64,000 nt of DNA from Octopus vulgaris (Eukaryota). The notes under the pieces were generated by a model. The model was not told the DNA's origin and did not search any database. It worked only from the letters and a program-made list of their open reading frames with translations. How positions within the stretch are numbered: position 1 is the stretch's first letter; each line of letters starts with the position of its first letter. Location: assembly GCA_951406725.2 (NCBI GenBank), contig OX597817.1:806001-870000 (forward strand). Reading direction: 5' to 3'. Below, piece after piece: positions 1 through 12,820 of the stretch. Both the position numbers and the translations under genes were made by a program.

Positions 1-535
1 GTTATCAGGTGGCTAGTTGGCTTCCTGAAGTTGGTGTAGCAGATCAATAGGTTATTTGCAATGCAGAACTCCAGGAGCCTAGTTTCCTCTTCATTTCTGG
101 TACCAACTACATGGCCCCCATGTACACCATGGAAGATATCAGGTTGCTGTCAGACATGCCCATTAAAATCTCCATCCACAAAGATGAGATCATTGTCAAT
201 TGTCTTTGAGGTAGCCCGCAGAAGAATATCATAAAAGTGATCCCTCTGTTCATTTGGTAGGCCCGCTTGTGGGGTGTAGGCAGAGATAATTGAAGCTGTA
301 CCATTCTGCAAGACTAGCCTGAGTTTAAGTACTCTATCGCACACCCTCACTACCTCTATGGCCTTATCCACCCATTTCTCTGCAAGAAGTATGTCCACAC
401 CCCCTATTCCATCGCTATTACCTTCCCAGAAGAGTTTATACCTATGTGCTTTGCCTGTGAGAACTCTGGCTGAAGCTCCTCTCCACCTTACCTCTTGTAT
501 GCAACATACATCAACACGTCACCGTTCAAGCATCT
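1..535 (-). mobile_element. RTE-clade LINE fragment, AP-endonuclease domain (frameshifted), inside an IF1 intron
   Basis: ORF 150-398 reads ILLAEKWVDKAIEVVRVCDRVLKLRL...IISAYTPQAG...FVDGDFNGHV, typical RTE APE motifs (SAYAPQ, GDFNGHVG); reading frame is disrupted. Confidence 0.85.
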
Positions 536-574
536 CTTTCTGTTCTTAAAAAAAAAAATCTTTGTATTTGACAG

Positions 575-655
575 GAAAAACAGCAGCTTGCTATGCTGAA
601 GAAACAAATACATGAAGATATTGACTTTCATGAGAATCAAATTAAGATACATGAG
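575..655 (+). CDS. ATP5IF1: Mitochondrial ATP synthase inhibitor IF1, penultimate coding exon
   Basis: Acceptor tttgtatttgacag| and donor |gtaaa; 81 nt, phase 0; EKQQLAMLKKQIHEDIDFHENQIKIHE resembles the His-containing IF1 coiled coil (EQLAALKKHHEEEIVHH). Confidence 0.88.
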
Positions 656-2569
656 GTAAACAAAATCCTTCTAATATACTTTTTCATTTATCAAATAAAA
701 TTAAAACTTTTTTCTAGTATTATTTTGTTATTAATATTAATTCTATTTAGTTCCCCTCTTCAAAATGATTGCATTAAAATATCTTTGCATAATTGATGGC
801 ATACTCTGCGTAGTGATAAGAGCCTATCTTCATATTTTGGTTTCTCTACATATGCAGTTATACCCTGCATTATGGAAACCTTGAGTTCCTTACAGTCTTG
901 CCATATTGTGAAATTATGTAATTTGAAATGTATTTCCCATTGTCATCCATGTTACATGGAAGTCAATGTGAAATGTTTTGCATTATAGAATTCCACATTA
1001 TGGTAATATTTTCAGAAGCACAATACTTCCATTGTATAGGGGGTGCTTGTATACATTTTATATATGCTACCAAATAGTTCTGTTTTGTTTTCTGTATATA
1101 ACTATATATGACACTTTAGAATAGAGGTCAAATCAAAAGTGTTGATATAATACATTTTTTTGAAAAATGTACTTTCAAAGATACTGCTATTCTTGCAAAA
1201 CGTATGTTTTGATGAACGACGACATACCTGTTTGTAGAAATGTACAACTATTTCTGCTTCTCTCACCTGCATTCTCTATTGCTGTTTTGTTTGAGGAGAA
1301 TGAGTTACAAGTGATATCTTACTCAACAGTATTTGGTATAATGCAAAAAAATAACTGTGGCCAAGAATTTAAATTGGTTGATGGACAGAACCTGCTGCTG
1401 GATGGTTACTTCAGGAAATCTATCTTATTACAGTGGGATTAGGATTACAGTTCAAGTGTTTATATATTAGTTGAATTCTCAAGTTGGTCACATGATAATG
1501 GAGCTCTAGTAATAGATCTTGTAGGAACATTATGCAACACTATCGAGTATATGAATTAATTAGCTCAATATAACAACATTTTAACCTTGCTCTAAAATAT
1601 TTTGGTGGAAGATAACATACAGGTTTAACAACAAACGATTGTAATTTCTATCTAGTTGTGTCTCAGTTAATTGTAATGTAGCCAGAACAATGCACAGTCT
1701 TCAACCAGCCTGCGTATATATTAGTTTCATTCCCAAAATATATATGTAAAAAAAAAAAAAGAGTTGATTCAGATACTGTATTCCTGTTTTGAGAGTTCTT
1801 ACTAAAGTTACTTAATTTATTTAGGAATTGAACTGTTTCTATTACCAAACTGAAGCTGGACAGAACTTAGTTTGAATTGATAGTTTTAGTTGTTGGTCTT
1901 GCATATTCTCTCCTGGTTGTTACTTCTTAATTTAGGTTAAGTATTCACAATCATGTAGAATTAATGTTAAGGCTTGATCAGAAGAGCAATGCTTTCTTAA
2001 TCACTGAATTGAGAGAAAACATAAATTTTGTTTTTGTTTTGCATGATTTGATTTCTAACTGTTGGTGTCAAAATAAAACATAGTATGCACCACCCAACTC
2101 CAGTTTCAGGTGATTCAGACAATGAGTTGCAAATTATCCTTTGCTTTCACAACCAGTAATAACCCAGCTACTTTTCCCAAACAATTTTGAGGGGTCTAAA
2201 AATGCAAAATTGATCTATACATATGGCCATGTACTGCACAATTCACTGGGCTACTGACATCTTATATGAATGCAAGACAAATCTTCTCTAGATATGATGC
2301 TTATCCTTTGCCGATAAGAAATCACTTGTGAATTTTACAGCGCAATAAACTATACCATCCTTTGGTATAGTATTTGCTTACAACTGCTTGCTGGACATTA
2401 CTTTTGAGCACTAATAGAGTTGGATAAGGATGTAACAATCACTGACAAAATAAAAGGAAAGGGGAAACAAAAACATAGTTTTAAAGTAATGGTTACAGAG
2501 GAAAGAAAATATGCAAAATATTCTCTTTAAATTTTCTAATTCCATTTTTTTTTGTGTATTTTATTGCAG

Positions 2570-2626
2570 GAAGCAATTAAACGGCATAAGAAGAAGATCA
2601 AAGGCATGAAATCTGATTCTGACTAA
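2570..2626 (+). CDS. ATP5IF1: Mitochondrial ATP synthase inhibitor IF1, last coding exon
   Basis: Acceptor ttttattgcag|; EAIKRHKKKIKGMKSDSD* resembles the IF1 C-terminus (EIERHKQKIKMLKHDD); phase matches exon 575-655. Confidence 0.88.
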   Translation, partial: EAIKRHKKKIKGMKSDSD

Positions 2627-2780
2627 AGAGACTTTTCTTATAAAATTAGCAGATATAAGTATATAGTGATAGGTATGTTTTGCCAAGTTCACCTCTGTTG
2701 CCTGGTTCAATTAAATATCTACTGAATAACAAAATATTTTCGTTGTCTTTTTTGTTTTTTTTTTCTTTTTCAAGCTGCGT

Positions 2781-2935
2781 AGGCGCCAGTGTGGCTGTGG
2801 TAAGAAGTTTGCTTCACATAGTTCTAAGTTCAATTCCACTCTGTGACACCTTGGAAAAGTATCTTCTCTATAACTTTGGGCTGATTAAAGCCCTGTAAGT
2901 GGATTTGCTTGACAGAAACTGAAACAGGCCTGTTA
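2781..2935 (+). mobile_element. SINE family A (tRNA-derived head), diverged 5' half
   Basis: ggcgccagtgtggctgtggtaagaagtttgctt...gtggatttgcttgacagaaactgaaa aligns with the full copy at 12424-12820. Confidence 0.7.
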
Positions 2936-3049
2936 TATATTTTTTTATCTAGTTTCAGCTCACGAGCTGTGGCCATGCTGGGGCACCGCCATTTTGGCCA
3001 TGCTGGGGCACCGCCATTTATATATATATATATATATATATGTGTTTAT

Positions 3050-4711
3050 GAAAAACAAGAGTGAAAATGCTACTTTCTTAAAATTGGATACATTTTAATT
3101 TTCCTTTTACATGTTTCGGTTTTTGAAAAACCTTATCAAAAATATGTACTGAAATGGAATATGCAAAGAGAAAAGAACTATTAAAAAAATTGAATTAAAA
3201 TTAAGATTAACATTCATAGTTTACTTTCCATTTTCTTGCAAGAACACTGGATAATATCCTTTGGTTCTGGTAGCATGACAAGTTCAACTGACTGTGACCT
3301 CAAATTACTACTATCTGTCTTTGTAATTTGAAATGTGTGGTCAAGACTTGTTTTCTTAGGAGTGGCTACAGCCATGGAATATCTAGCAGGTGGTGAAGTT
3401 GTTCCCCCTGTGGTTTTAATAGAAATTGGGTTCTTCAACCCCTTGTCTTTATTTCTTAAACACACATACATGCACTCACCCGTATACACATATACATATA
3501 TATACAGATACATACATACTCATATATATACACATACACACATACCCATGCATATATATATATACATACATAAATACACACACATTCATATACTCAAATA
3601 CACATGTATTCACATATATGCATATGAAAAAATTCTCATTGTTGCTAGTTTAGAGAATTTAGACTTGGTTGATATTTTCTTATGAAATGCATTTCCTTGT
3701 TGATGCATTCATTTTGGCTAGCATTGTCTTTGAATTTGTATAGTGGAAACGTGATTTTTGGAAATTTGTTGGAAGCACATTCTTCGATGTGCTGGCTGAG
3801 AGGTATTTTCCTGTATTCTGGAATCCTAATTTGAGTTTTGTGCACTGCCATCCTTTGACGTAGGCTGTTTTGTGTGTCCAATATATTGCTGTTTACATCC
3901 TGAGCATGTAATTAATTAAGTAAGTCAAGTTCTCTGATGCACTTGTAAAATTAGTTTTTATAATGAAATTGTGGCCTTGTTCTAATCGGTGTTCAGATCC
4001 TTCTATTATGTTGATACAAATCCCACAGTTGGGTCTCCTGCATTTTTTTTACTGACGGCTTAGTGGCTATTGTTGAGTGTAATTTGGTCTGGCTTAAAAT
4101 CTTTTCCATTGACATTGCTTGTCTTTTACTTTTGATGATTGTGTGTGTTTTGGGGATTTGATTCATCTTTGGGTCTGTCTTATAGAGCTGTGCTGTGGAA
4201 TATGGTGTTGAAGGCCTCATTTTTATGTGGGTTGTGTGTGGAAATGTAAGGCAGGGTTTTCAATTTTTCTTCTTTCTTTGGTCTTGGTTGTCTAAGTTCT
4301 TGTGTGTTTAAGTACTCTTTGGATTGCATTGTTGATTAAGGGTTGTGGGTAATTCCTGTTGATGAGTGTGGTTTTCGATTCCTGGATTCGTGTGTAACGG
4401 ATGTTTGCATTTGATACTGTTGTGCATATTCTTTTGGCTAAACAAAATGGAATATTCATTCTGGTGTGTCTCCTAAGAAAACAAGTCTTGACCACACATT
4501 TCAAATTACAAAGACAGACAGATAGTAGTAATTTGAGGTCACAGTCAGTTGAACTTGTCATGCTACCAGAACCAAAAGATATCATCACGTGTTCTTGCAG
4601 GAAAAAAGAAAAGAAAACTGAATTTTAATCTCAATTTTAATTCAATTTTTTTAATAGTTGGTTTCTCTTCGCATATTTTTGATAAGGTTTTTTCAAAACC
4701 GAAATGTGTTC
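3050..4711 (-). mobile_element. Penelope-like element, 5'-truncated, with GIY-YIG endonuclease remnant and inverted pseudo-LTR
   Basis: Minus-strand pieces NIPFCLAKRICT, CSGCKQQYIG and LRQRMAVHKTQIRIPEYRKIPLSQHIEEC; 3110-3362 is repeated inverted at 4470-4705. Confidence 0.88.
3104..3142 (-). ncRNA. Minimal hammerhead ribozyme-like motif, U3-A8 core variant
   Basis: Minus strand ttt TTGATAA ggttttt c aaaaacc GAAA catg TA aaa; palindromic stem III ACATGT; inverted copy at 4676-4711 has a damaged stem III. Confidence 0.6.
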
Positions 4712-4922
4712 AATGGACAATGTATGCTGGATGATGATGATGATGATGATACACCTACTGTGCTGAAGAAGGGAAAAAAAAACGATTTGTAAGAGTAATT
4801 GGGAAAAATGTAGTAGATATGTGATGCCTGAAAAATACAGGGCTAGGTGGGGATCATGGTTGGAATAATTTCATTAATATGTCTACTCTCATAGATGACC
4901 TAGGCCTACACAACGGTCACGG

Positions 4923-5257
4923 TTTAGCCTTTTGTTACCATATTTCTGTTGAAGGACACTACTTTTGTTTCAATTAACTTTAAACATAATGGGGAATTTT
5001 ATTGAAATAACTTTTGGCACTGTGCAGCTGGTGTTTGGAATACAAATGGACTCAGCTGGGTTAATATCAAAAGGATTCACCATTTCATTGCCATATTTTT
5101 GTTGAAATATACCCAATTGTGTCATCATTAAACTTGTTTAAAATTTTAATTAATCTGAAATTTTGGTGGAAGATTTTATCTTAGATTATGTTAAAACTAG
5201 AGATTTATATCATTGAACCAGGGGTGGCTCCAGGTGGGCTGGTATCAAAAGGATTAA
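4923..5257. mobile_element. Two adjacent degenerate non-autonomous elements with piggyBac-like ends
   Basis: Two units begin with (t)tagccttttgttaccatattt / accatttcattgccatattt and end with tatcaaaaggatt(aa), resembling TTAACCCT...AGGGTTAA termini. Confidence 0.35.
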
Positions 5258-6364
5258 AGGACTTGAAAGAATCTGCATTGTTGGCAGAATATGGTTTAGC
5301 TTAAACAAAAGCCCTTATCTGTTGAGACAAATCCTCCTCTTCTTGCTTTCACACTGGCACGGGTTGGAAACGTAACCATAGTTGGAGTTAGCACATAATC
5401 AGTGTACTGCTTACTTATTTGGTTCAGAGGACTGCATCTTACTTGCATGTTTCAATTTTGGCTTGGTTTCTATGGCTGGATGTCCTTAACACCAATCAGT
5501 CTACAGAGTAATGGGTGCTTTATATTCTATTTCTAAATGCATTTATGTACTTCAAAATAAAATGCAGATGCAAAAAGCATATTCAGTTAATATGTGACAT
5601 GTGACCAGAGAAGTATAATGGTTTTGAGGTTAAGGTACTTCCAACATATTTAAATTTTAGTTCCGTTAAGGTATAATATATTACTTCTTCCAATTTGCTT
5701 GATCATATCCTGGAGAGAAAAAAGAAAGTTTTGTCTCATAGTTTATTGGTTAGTAATGCAACAACATTCCGCTTCAGTATATAAATTGCTTTCAAACAAA
5801 AGAACCGACACATGCAAACATGGAGGTGGAGAAATAAAGAACTACCATATTTTCCAGCATATAAGTTGAATTTTTCAGACCAAAATTTACAGCCACAAAA
5901 GGTAGGTTGACTTACACACCATGACGACTTTGGAGGGCCAAAAGGTCCATGTGAAATGCTGCAGGGTTTGGAAAGAGAGTGACAGTGTTTGAGTGTTTAC
6001 AATACTATGCTGACTTGAATGTTGGAAACAACAGTATATATAAAATAATTGAATTTAGATGTTTTCTCTTTGTAAAAAGATGCCTATTTAGGCAGTATTT
6101 GAATAAGTTCTTTTGATATTTTGCCCCAGCTCATCTTTAATTACTGTAGTAGTATGATATAGTAGATAGGAGAATGATGGAGGGATAAGAGATAAGAAGA
6201 TGAGTGGGGGATAGCAGGTATAGACTTGACAGGGATGTAACGAGTGATGAATGCAGGTATGTACATACACATTATGCTGCCAACCTCCATCACTTCCACC
6301 ATTCTTGCACAGGTGGGCAGCAGTCTTCTTGAGTGCTGTGTCTCCAGGTATTTGATCCTTTGTT

Positions 6365-6570
6365 GGTTTCTCCATGATGTTCCAACTGAAGCTATCGACT
6401 ACTTCTGGGGATTCTCCTGGGCACTTAAGAGAATGTATTTCCTGTGTGCTTTTAGTGTCTATTACACCTGTGCATCTCCCACATATGACTGCTTTCTCTG
6501 GTAACCTCATGAGTCTACTGCACCTTTCATGTGTCCATAGTTTGCATTGGATGTGATGCCTTGTACAGCA
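6365..6570 (-). mobile_element. RTE-like LINE fragment with a Cys/His (PHD-like) segment
   Basis: CKLWTHERCSRL...VICGRCTG...LKCPGESPEVVDSF; the last part matches the RTE post-RT EVVDSFxYLG motif. Confidence 0.6.
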
Positions 6571-6763
6571 TGACTGACTATACAGGTGAAGAGGCTGTAC
6601 CTTACATGTCTGTATGTATGTAGACACTGATGTTTTCCTTGAAAAAAACACTCCCAATTCTCATTAAATGGCATCCAAGATTTGCATGCAAATTCAAAGT
6701 CATTCTGGCCTAAAACCTGTAGAAAAAATTTAGGTCTAAGTTCTCCTGGGACAAAACAGGAAA

Positions 6764-7518
6764 TCTCTCTCTATATAAACGGCAGTTTGTCTGTGCGTGT
6801 TTCTGTGTGTCTGTTTTCTCGTACCCTCACTCTGACCACGGCTTTCAACCGATTCTGATGAAACTTGACACACACATAGCCCAATGTCATAATTCAAAAC
6901 TAACGCAGCGAAAATTTTGAAAAGTTCCCCCAGTTCTGAAAAAAATCGATAAATTCGACATGGGGTCGAGAATGAGAAACCCAAACCACAGACCGTCTAG
7001 GGGACGCAACTCCACCTGTTTTAACTCTCAAAAAAAATTTACCATCATTTTTTTTCCATTTTTTTGCTATTTTTTGGCTATAACTCTCTAAAAATGCTTT
7101 ATAGTTATTTCCCTTACAAACCTGAGCAACGCCGGGCGATACTGCTATCTCTCTCTATATAAACGGCAGTTTGTCTGTGCGTGTTTCTGTGTGTCTGTTT
7201 TCTCGTACCCTCACTCTGACCACGGCTTTCAACCGATTCTGATGAAACTTGACACACACATAGCCCAATGTCATAATTCAAAACTAACGCAGCGAAAATT
7301 TTGAAAAGTTCCCCCAGTTCTGAAAAAATCGATAAATTCGACATGGGGTCGAGAATGAGAAACCCAAACCACAGACCGTCTAGGGGACGCAACTCCACCT
7401 GTTTTAACTCAAAAAAAATTTACCATCATTTTTTTTCTATTTTTTGGCTATAACTCTCTAAAAATGCTTTATAGTTATTTCCCTTACAAACCTGAGCAAC
7501 GCCGGGCGATACTGCTAG
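6764..7518 (+). mobile_element. Non-autonomous Helitron-like element, head-to-tail tandem dimer (6764-7147, 7148-7518)
   Basis: 5' TC after A; 3' hairpin cctgagcaacgccggg then CTAG before T; no TSD; two near-identical ~375-bp units. Confidence 0.8.
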
Positions 7519-8342
7519 TATTCAATAAAAGAAATAACAGTTTTAATGAAGTGGTTAACTCTACCCATTCCTCTGTCTCACACTAATTCTTTGTCACAAA
7601 CAACTTGCAAAACGTGTGCATGCACATAAACTTTCACCCCCACACACACACATGCACACACACACACACACACACATGCACACACACACACACACATGCA
7701 CACACATCAAAATAATGATGAGTGAGATGTATGGCAATTAATGGAAAGGACAAAACAAAACAAAAACAAATGTGGCTTAAACCAATTTGATCAGCCAACT
7801 TTTCTCCAGAGTCTATAAGATTTCACTGTTTGGAAAGAGTTGATATCACTCTTCTGGAAAGTGCCATGGCTCAAATAAAATAAAACAAAGGCCTTCAATT
7901 GAAACAGACAGAGCAGGGTCATAAGTCTGGTAAGGAAAACAACTTAAGACAGACTAATGCAATATATGTATAATTTAACTGAAATACTTGCACCTGAGAA
8001 AATTCACCTTTGCTCAGTATAAATGAGTAATAAAACTTTAAACAACAGAATGTTTTGAAATAACAGACTGTAAGTGATTATCCAATCAAAACTTGAACTA
8101 AAAATAGTTTGCGTCTAAATTAGCAACCAACTCCACATCATACAACGCAGAGTTGATAAAAGACTTGAAACAGTTAAATCAAAGGATATTAAAGTGAAGA
8201 AGCTGCACCGGTATTTTTGTAGAGTTGCAATTGCAACAGTTACTAATTGATACAGTTGAAACATGTATAGGTCTATGTAAAGCTGTATATATAAAAAGGA
8301 ATTAAAGGTAATGCTAAGCCACTTTGTAATCATTAATTTTAT

Positions 8343-8385
<43 letters not shown>

Positions 8386-8539
8386 CATACATATATGTAC
8401 ATACCTACATATATATGTATATATACATGCATATATGGGTACAGGACATCAAAAAAAAAAAAAAACGAACACAATGAGAAACAAAAACATAGAAACGTAG
8501 CAGTATAGTATATATTGCCCAGTTAGAAAAGCAGCTAGA

Positions 8540-8700
8540 AAGGTCTAGATAAGTTCTTAAAGATGGTAGAGCCACTTGCAGGGTAGTTAATGATAAAATT
8601 TGAAGAACAGAACAAGGGGAGACATGTGAGATGGAAAAGTCACTGAAGAGGTCACAGGTGTGTGATGAAAGATTTTCAGACAATGGACATAAAATAAAAC
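8540..8700 (-). mobile_element. Highly decayed Penelope-like GIY-YIG C-terminal remnant
   Basis: Minus strand HTCDLFSDFSISHVS...LQILSLTTLQ loosely resembles the end of PLE endonucleases. Confidence 0.3.
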
Positions 8701-9407
8701 AAGAATAAGGATAAATGAGTGAGGTACAAATATATAGTGCGTGTGTTTATTTGGAAAGAAAAAAACGACTATCTTGAAATATAAGAATAGTTCAAAGAGC
8801 ACTTGTGATATCAATTAGAATGTTGTTTTAATCACTTCACTTATAGTTTATGGTATCGTTAATATTCTAAGGAAATCTTCCCTCTGCAACTTGCAACAAA
8901 TTGTTAGCAAAATGAAAAGATTGACTTGATCCTTGTTTGTAAACAGTTTGAAGATTTTTAACTCTGGTCCAAATCAATGATGAGTCAAAGTAAGCAGGGA
9001 TTTCATTTGCATTTGTTCCTTTTGGAATCACTGTTTAGTGTCTGATGGAAGTTACCTAACACTTCTACTCTGCTTTACTGTTATGCAAATCCTGTAATGT
9101 CTTTCTCCAGAGCATCTAAATTTTCTCTTGTAAGCAAGTATGTATCTGTCTCAGGTAATCTTTGGCATCTCTTCAGAACTTGTTTTTCAGTTCTTGAATT
9201 TTTTAGAATGTAGCCAATTAACTAAACAGTCAGGTGTTTAAAAATCAACCAGCAGACATATATTGCAATAGGAAAGTTGCGCATGATGAAATGAACTAAG
9301 AAAAACAACCTTTTTTTACCTGTGGGAGAAAGAATACTTTAAGAAATGATGCATTTGGTGAGATGTTATTCATTCCCCAAATGCATCGTTACTATTAGAC
9401 AATACAA

Positions 9408-9625
9408 AGGTGGCCAGCTGTTAGAATCGTTAACATGCTGGGCAAAATGCTTAGCAGCATTTCATCTGTCTGCATGTTCTGAGTTCAAATTCTGCCAAGG
9501 GAGACTTTGCCTTTTCATCCTTTCTGCGTTGATGAAATATGTAACAGTTGAATACTGGGGTCGATGTATTCGACTCATCCCGTCCCCCGAAATTGCTGGC
9601 CTTGTACCAAAATTTGAAACTATTA
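9408..9625 (+). mobile_element. SINE family B
   Basis: ggtggccagctgttagaatcgtt...gagttcaaattc...ctttgccttttcatcctt...ctggggtcgatgta...gctggccttgtaccaaaatttgaaac; aligns with 52317-52549. Confidence 0.8.
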
Positions 9626-10467
9626 TTAGACAATTCAGTCAAAAGTCAATAACAATTTTTTTTTATACTTGTTGATTCTGGAGCAAGTGACAACGGCCAT
9701 GACTTTTGCAGGGAGAAGATTCCAGGAAGCTGATGTTCTGGGGAAAATGGGCTGGGAATAAGGGTTAGTAGAGTGCTAAGGAGATTGGATGCACCAAAAG
9801 TGACGGGAGGGGAAAAGAGAGTGGGTTGGGAGTGAGTTGCTATGCAAATGCATTGGACAGTACAATTCCAAAGTTTGTAATATTTTGATGTTTCAATGCA
9901 CATCTGTGTAACAATAAAGTTAAACGTTTTCATACAGAAGAATGGTGCACAGACTGTCTTCATTCTTGTACAAATGGACTGATAGCATTCCTGTCAGTAT
10001 GGCTGGTGGTAGCACCTAAGAGCAACTGATTAAGTTGGCACCTATTTATTTATAGAGGTAGAAGGGGCTCAAAGCTACTTGTTGAAAAAAACAAGACAAG
10101 ACAAAAGCAATATTGCAGTTAAATTCGGTGGAGAAGACAGTTTGACTGGGTCACATGATAATCTCTCAAGATGACGTCGTATCTCTCAGTTACGGTCGAG
10201 CTGCATGTAATATATATTGAGTGAAAGCATAATTAAACTTGTAAGTACGTGCATCACACAACGAGTGACACGTGATTACAGTAATAACCACCAGGTGGCT
10301 GTGACAGATTTCTTGTCTGTGACATTAAAACCAGTAATATGTCAACATTATATGATTATTGATTCAGTTTAGTTAGTGTTTGTGTGTTTGGTTGGGGTTT
10401 CGTAATTTTGAAATTCTTCGTAATTTATATTCTTCAGCTCATTCAGGAATTTCATGTTGCTGATTAC

Positions 10468-10620
10468 TCTTTTACTTGTTTCAGTCATTTGGATGCGGCC
10501 ACGCTGGAGCACCGCCTTTAGTCGAGCAAATCGACCCCAGGACTTATTCTTTGTAAGCCTAGTACTTATTCTATCGGTCTCTTTTGCTGAACACACCAGC
10601 ATCAGTTGTCAAGCAATGTT

Positions 10621-10681
<61 letters not shown>

Positions 10682-10828
10682 TATACATATATACGACGGG
10701 CTTCTTTCAGTTTACCAAATCCACTCACAAGGCTTTGGTCAAGTAGAAGACAATTGGCGAAGGTGCCACGCAGTGGGACTGAACCCGGAACCATGTGGTT
10801 GGTGAGCAAGCTACAGCCACTCCTGCCC
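10468..10828 (-). mobile_element. SINE family A with internal (CA)n
   Basis: Reverse complement of the 12424-12820 copy (B-box-like ggttcagtccc, tail ggcggtgctccagc...actgaaacaagtaaaagagt). Confidence 0.85.
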
Positions 10829-12423
10829 CTGATTATTTAAGCAACTGAAGAAGGGAAGTAGTAGGACAATATCTCAAAAAAAAAAAATAAATAAATAAAA
10901 AGGCAACTTATAAGCAAATCGAAATACGATCAGTTTTCGAAATTTGATTGACTGCAACCCCCGCCCCGACAAAAACAAAATGATAATAAAACAAAACAAA
11001 AAAGCAAACGGTAAAAATGCGTTACGTGTTCCTCTATCCTTCTGTTAGACATAAGCCCTTGTGATATCTTGCCTTCAGTATTAAATGTGTAAAATACATG
11101 AAAACAATGTAGGTGGCTATCGTTTATATAGTTTGGCGTTCTTGAAAAACTTGATAACCAGCTTAAGTGTATGACAAAACGATTATGCGGGAAATGAACT
11201 ATTTAAACTAATTGATATTTGGAAGTGTCTGCTTATAATTTATCAAAAAACTTTTGAGAAACACTGATTAACAAAGTAGAGATTTACACGAGATAAGAGT
11301 TAGAAACTATTTATGAATTTCGTATAAATGATTAACGAGAGATAACAGATGTTACATGGCTATTCAATTGACGAGTAGGAATTGATAGTTTTTGTGTTGA
11401 AGTGAAATATTGTGCTCTATTGATAGTTTTTATTACTTTAAAGTTTATAGCAAACTTTAAGGGTATCCCAGCGAATTTATCTTACAAGGAATAGTTTTTG
11501 TAAAGGATTACGAATGTGCTCGAACATGAATAATTTGCTAAATCTGATAAACCGAAAATCAACAGATATTTAGGCAGAAGTCAAAATTGTTGGAGAATTT
11601 GACTTGTGTCAATGCGTTCATGCCCGAACACTTTAAAACTTAAGTATTATGATAGAGAAGATCAATATGTGAAAAGTTGTATTATTCCAAAATTTAAAAT
11701 CAATCTCAGGCATTTTCTTTTTAAATTTTGATCTTTACTAGAGTAATGGCTCTACAAAATAACCATGGTATAACCAGAAACTAATAATATTTAGTGATAC
11801 GCGTTTAAGAAAGTTTTTAGTGCACGGTAAGATACTAATAGTATTGAATATTCATTTGCGAATGAGTTCAGTCCGTGGCTTGCATTTAAGATTCTTATCA
11901 ACATAGATTCCTGGAAATTAAAAATAAATCAACATTTTCTATTCTGTCACTGTCCAATTCCAATTACGGAACTGAGTCCAGAGAAATATGTTTTTGATGA
12001 TGACAAAAAAGCCCGCACTTATATCTTTTTGAGACGTTGAGCGTTGGAAAGGAAATCAAAGCTGTGTCATCCGCTTAAGGATAAAATCAATAATTTTAAG
12101 GCGGTGAAAAGTCGTTTATAAATTGTAGTATCATTGTAATATTGCCAAGTAATTAATTTTCCCATGGCAAAAGCTACATGCGACAGAGCAGTAGAATAGC
12201 TAAAGAGTGATTTATTTCTCATAGCTGAAACAGAGTGATTAGGAAAAAGGGTTCGTTATTTGACTTTAGCCTTGGCTTCTTAATTTCTGATAGCTTCTCT
12301 CTAAAACATTTGTGGCTTGAAAATCAACGAAGGAGTCTTCAAGTGGTCGTACGACATACGATAAATTACCATCAAATCTCGCCTCTTAATTAAGGAAAAG
12401 ACATTAAATAATGTAGCCTTAGT

Positions 12424-12820
12424 AGGCGTAGGAGCGGCTGTGTGGTAAGTAACTTGCTTACGAACCACATGGTTCCGAGTTCAGTCCCACTGCGTGGCAC
12501 CTTGGGCAAGTGTCTTCTGCTATAGCTTCGGGCCGACCAAAGCCTCGTGAGTGGATTTGGTAGACGGAAACTGAAAGAAGCCCGTCGTATATATGTATGT
12601 GTGTGTGTATATGTTTGTGTGTTTGTGTTTGTCCCTTCAACATCGCTTGGCAACCGATGCTGGTGTGTTTACGACCCCGTAACTTAGCAGTTCGGCAAAA
12701 AGAGACCGATAGAATAAGTACTAAGCTTACAAAGAATAGGGTCGATTTGCTCGACTAAAAGTGGTGCTCCAGCATGGCCACAGTCAAATGACTGAAACAA
12801 GTAGAAGAGAGTAAAAGAGA
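12424..12820 (+). mobile_element. SINE family A, full length
   Basis: tRNA-like head with A-box-like ggctgtgtggt and B-box-like gagttcagtccc, internal (GT) microsatellite, tail ...actgaaacaagtagaagagagtaaaagaga. Confidence 0.88.

Noticed and set aside
593-796. 67-aa ORF with a hydrophobic tail as a membrane protein
   Set aside because: Only 575-655 is exonic (IF1); the hydrophobic tail is AT-rich intron read-through
8850-10000. Possible minus-strand host exons
   Set aside because: Frames contain stops and lack consistent splice sites; more likely a very old LINE remnant, which I cannot classify
12424-12500. tRNA-like sequences with A/B boxes
   Set aside because: These are SINE heads continuing into SINE bodies; no complete cloverleaf
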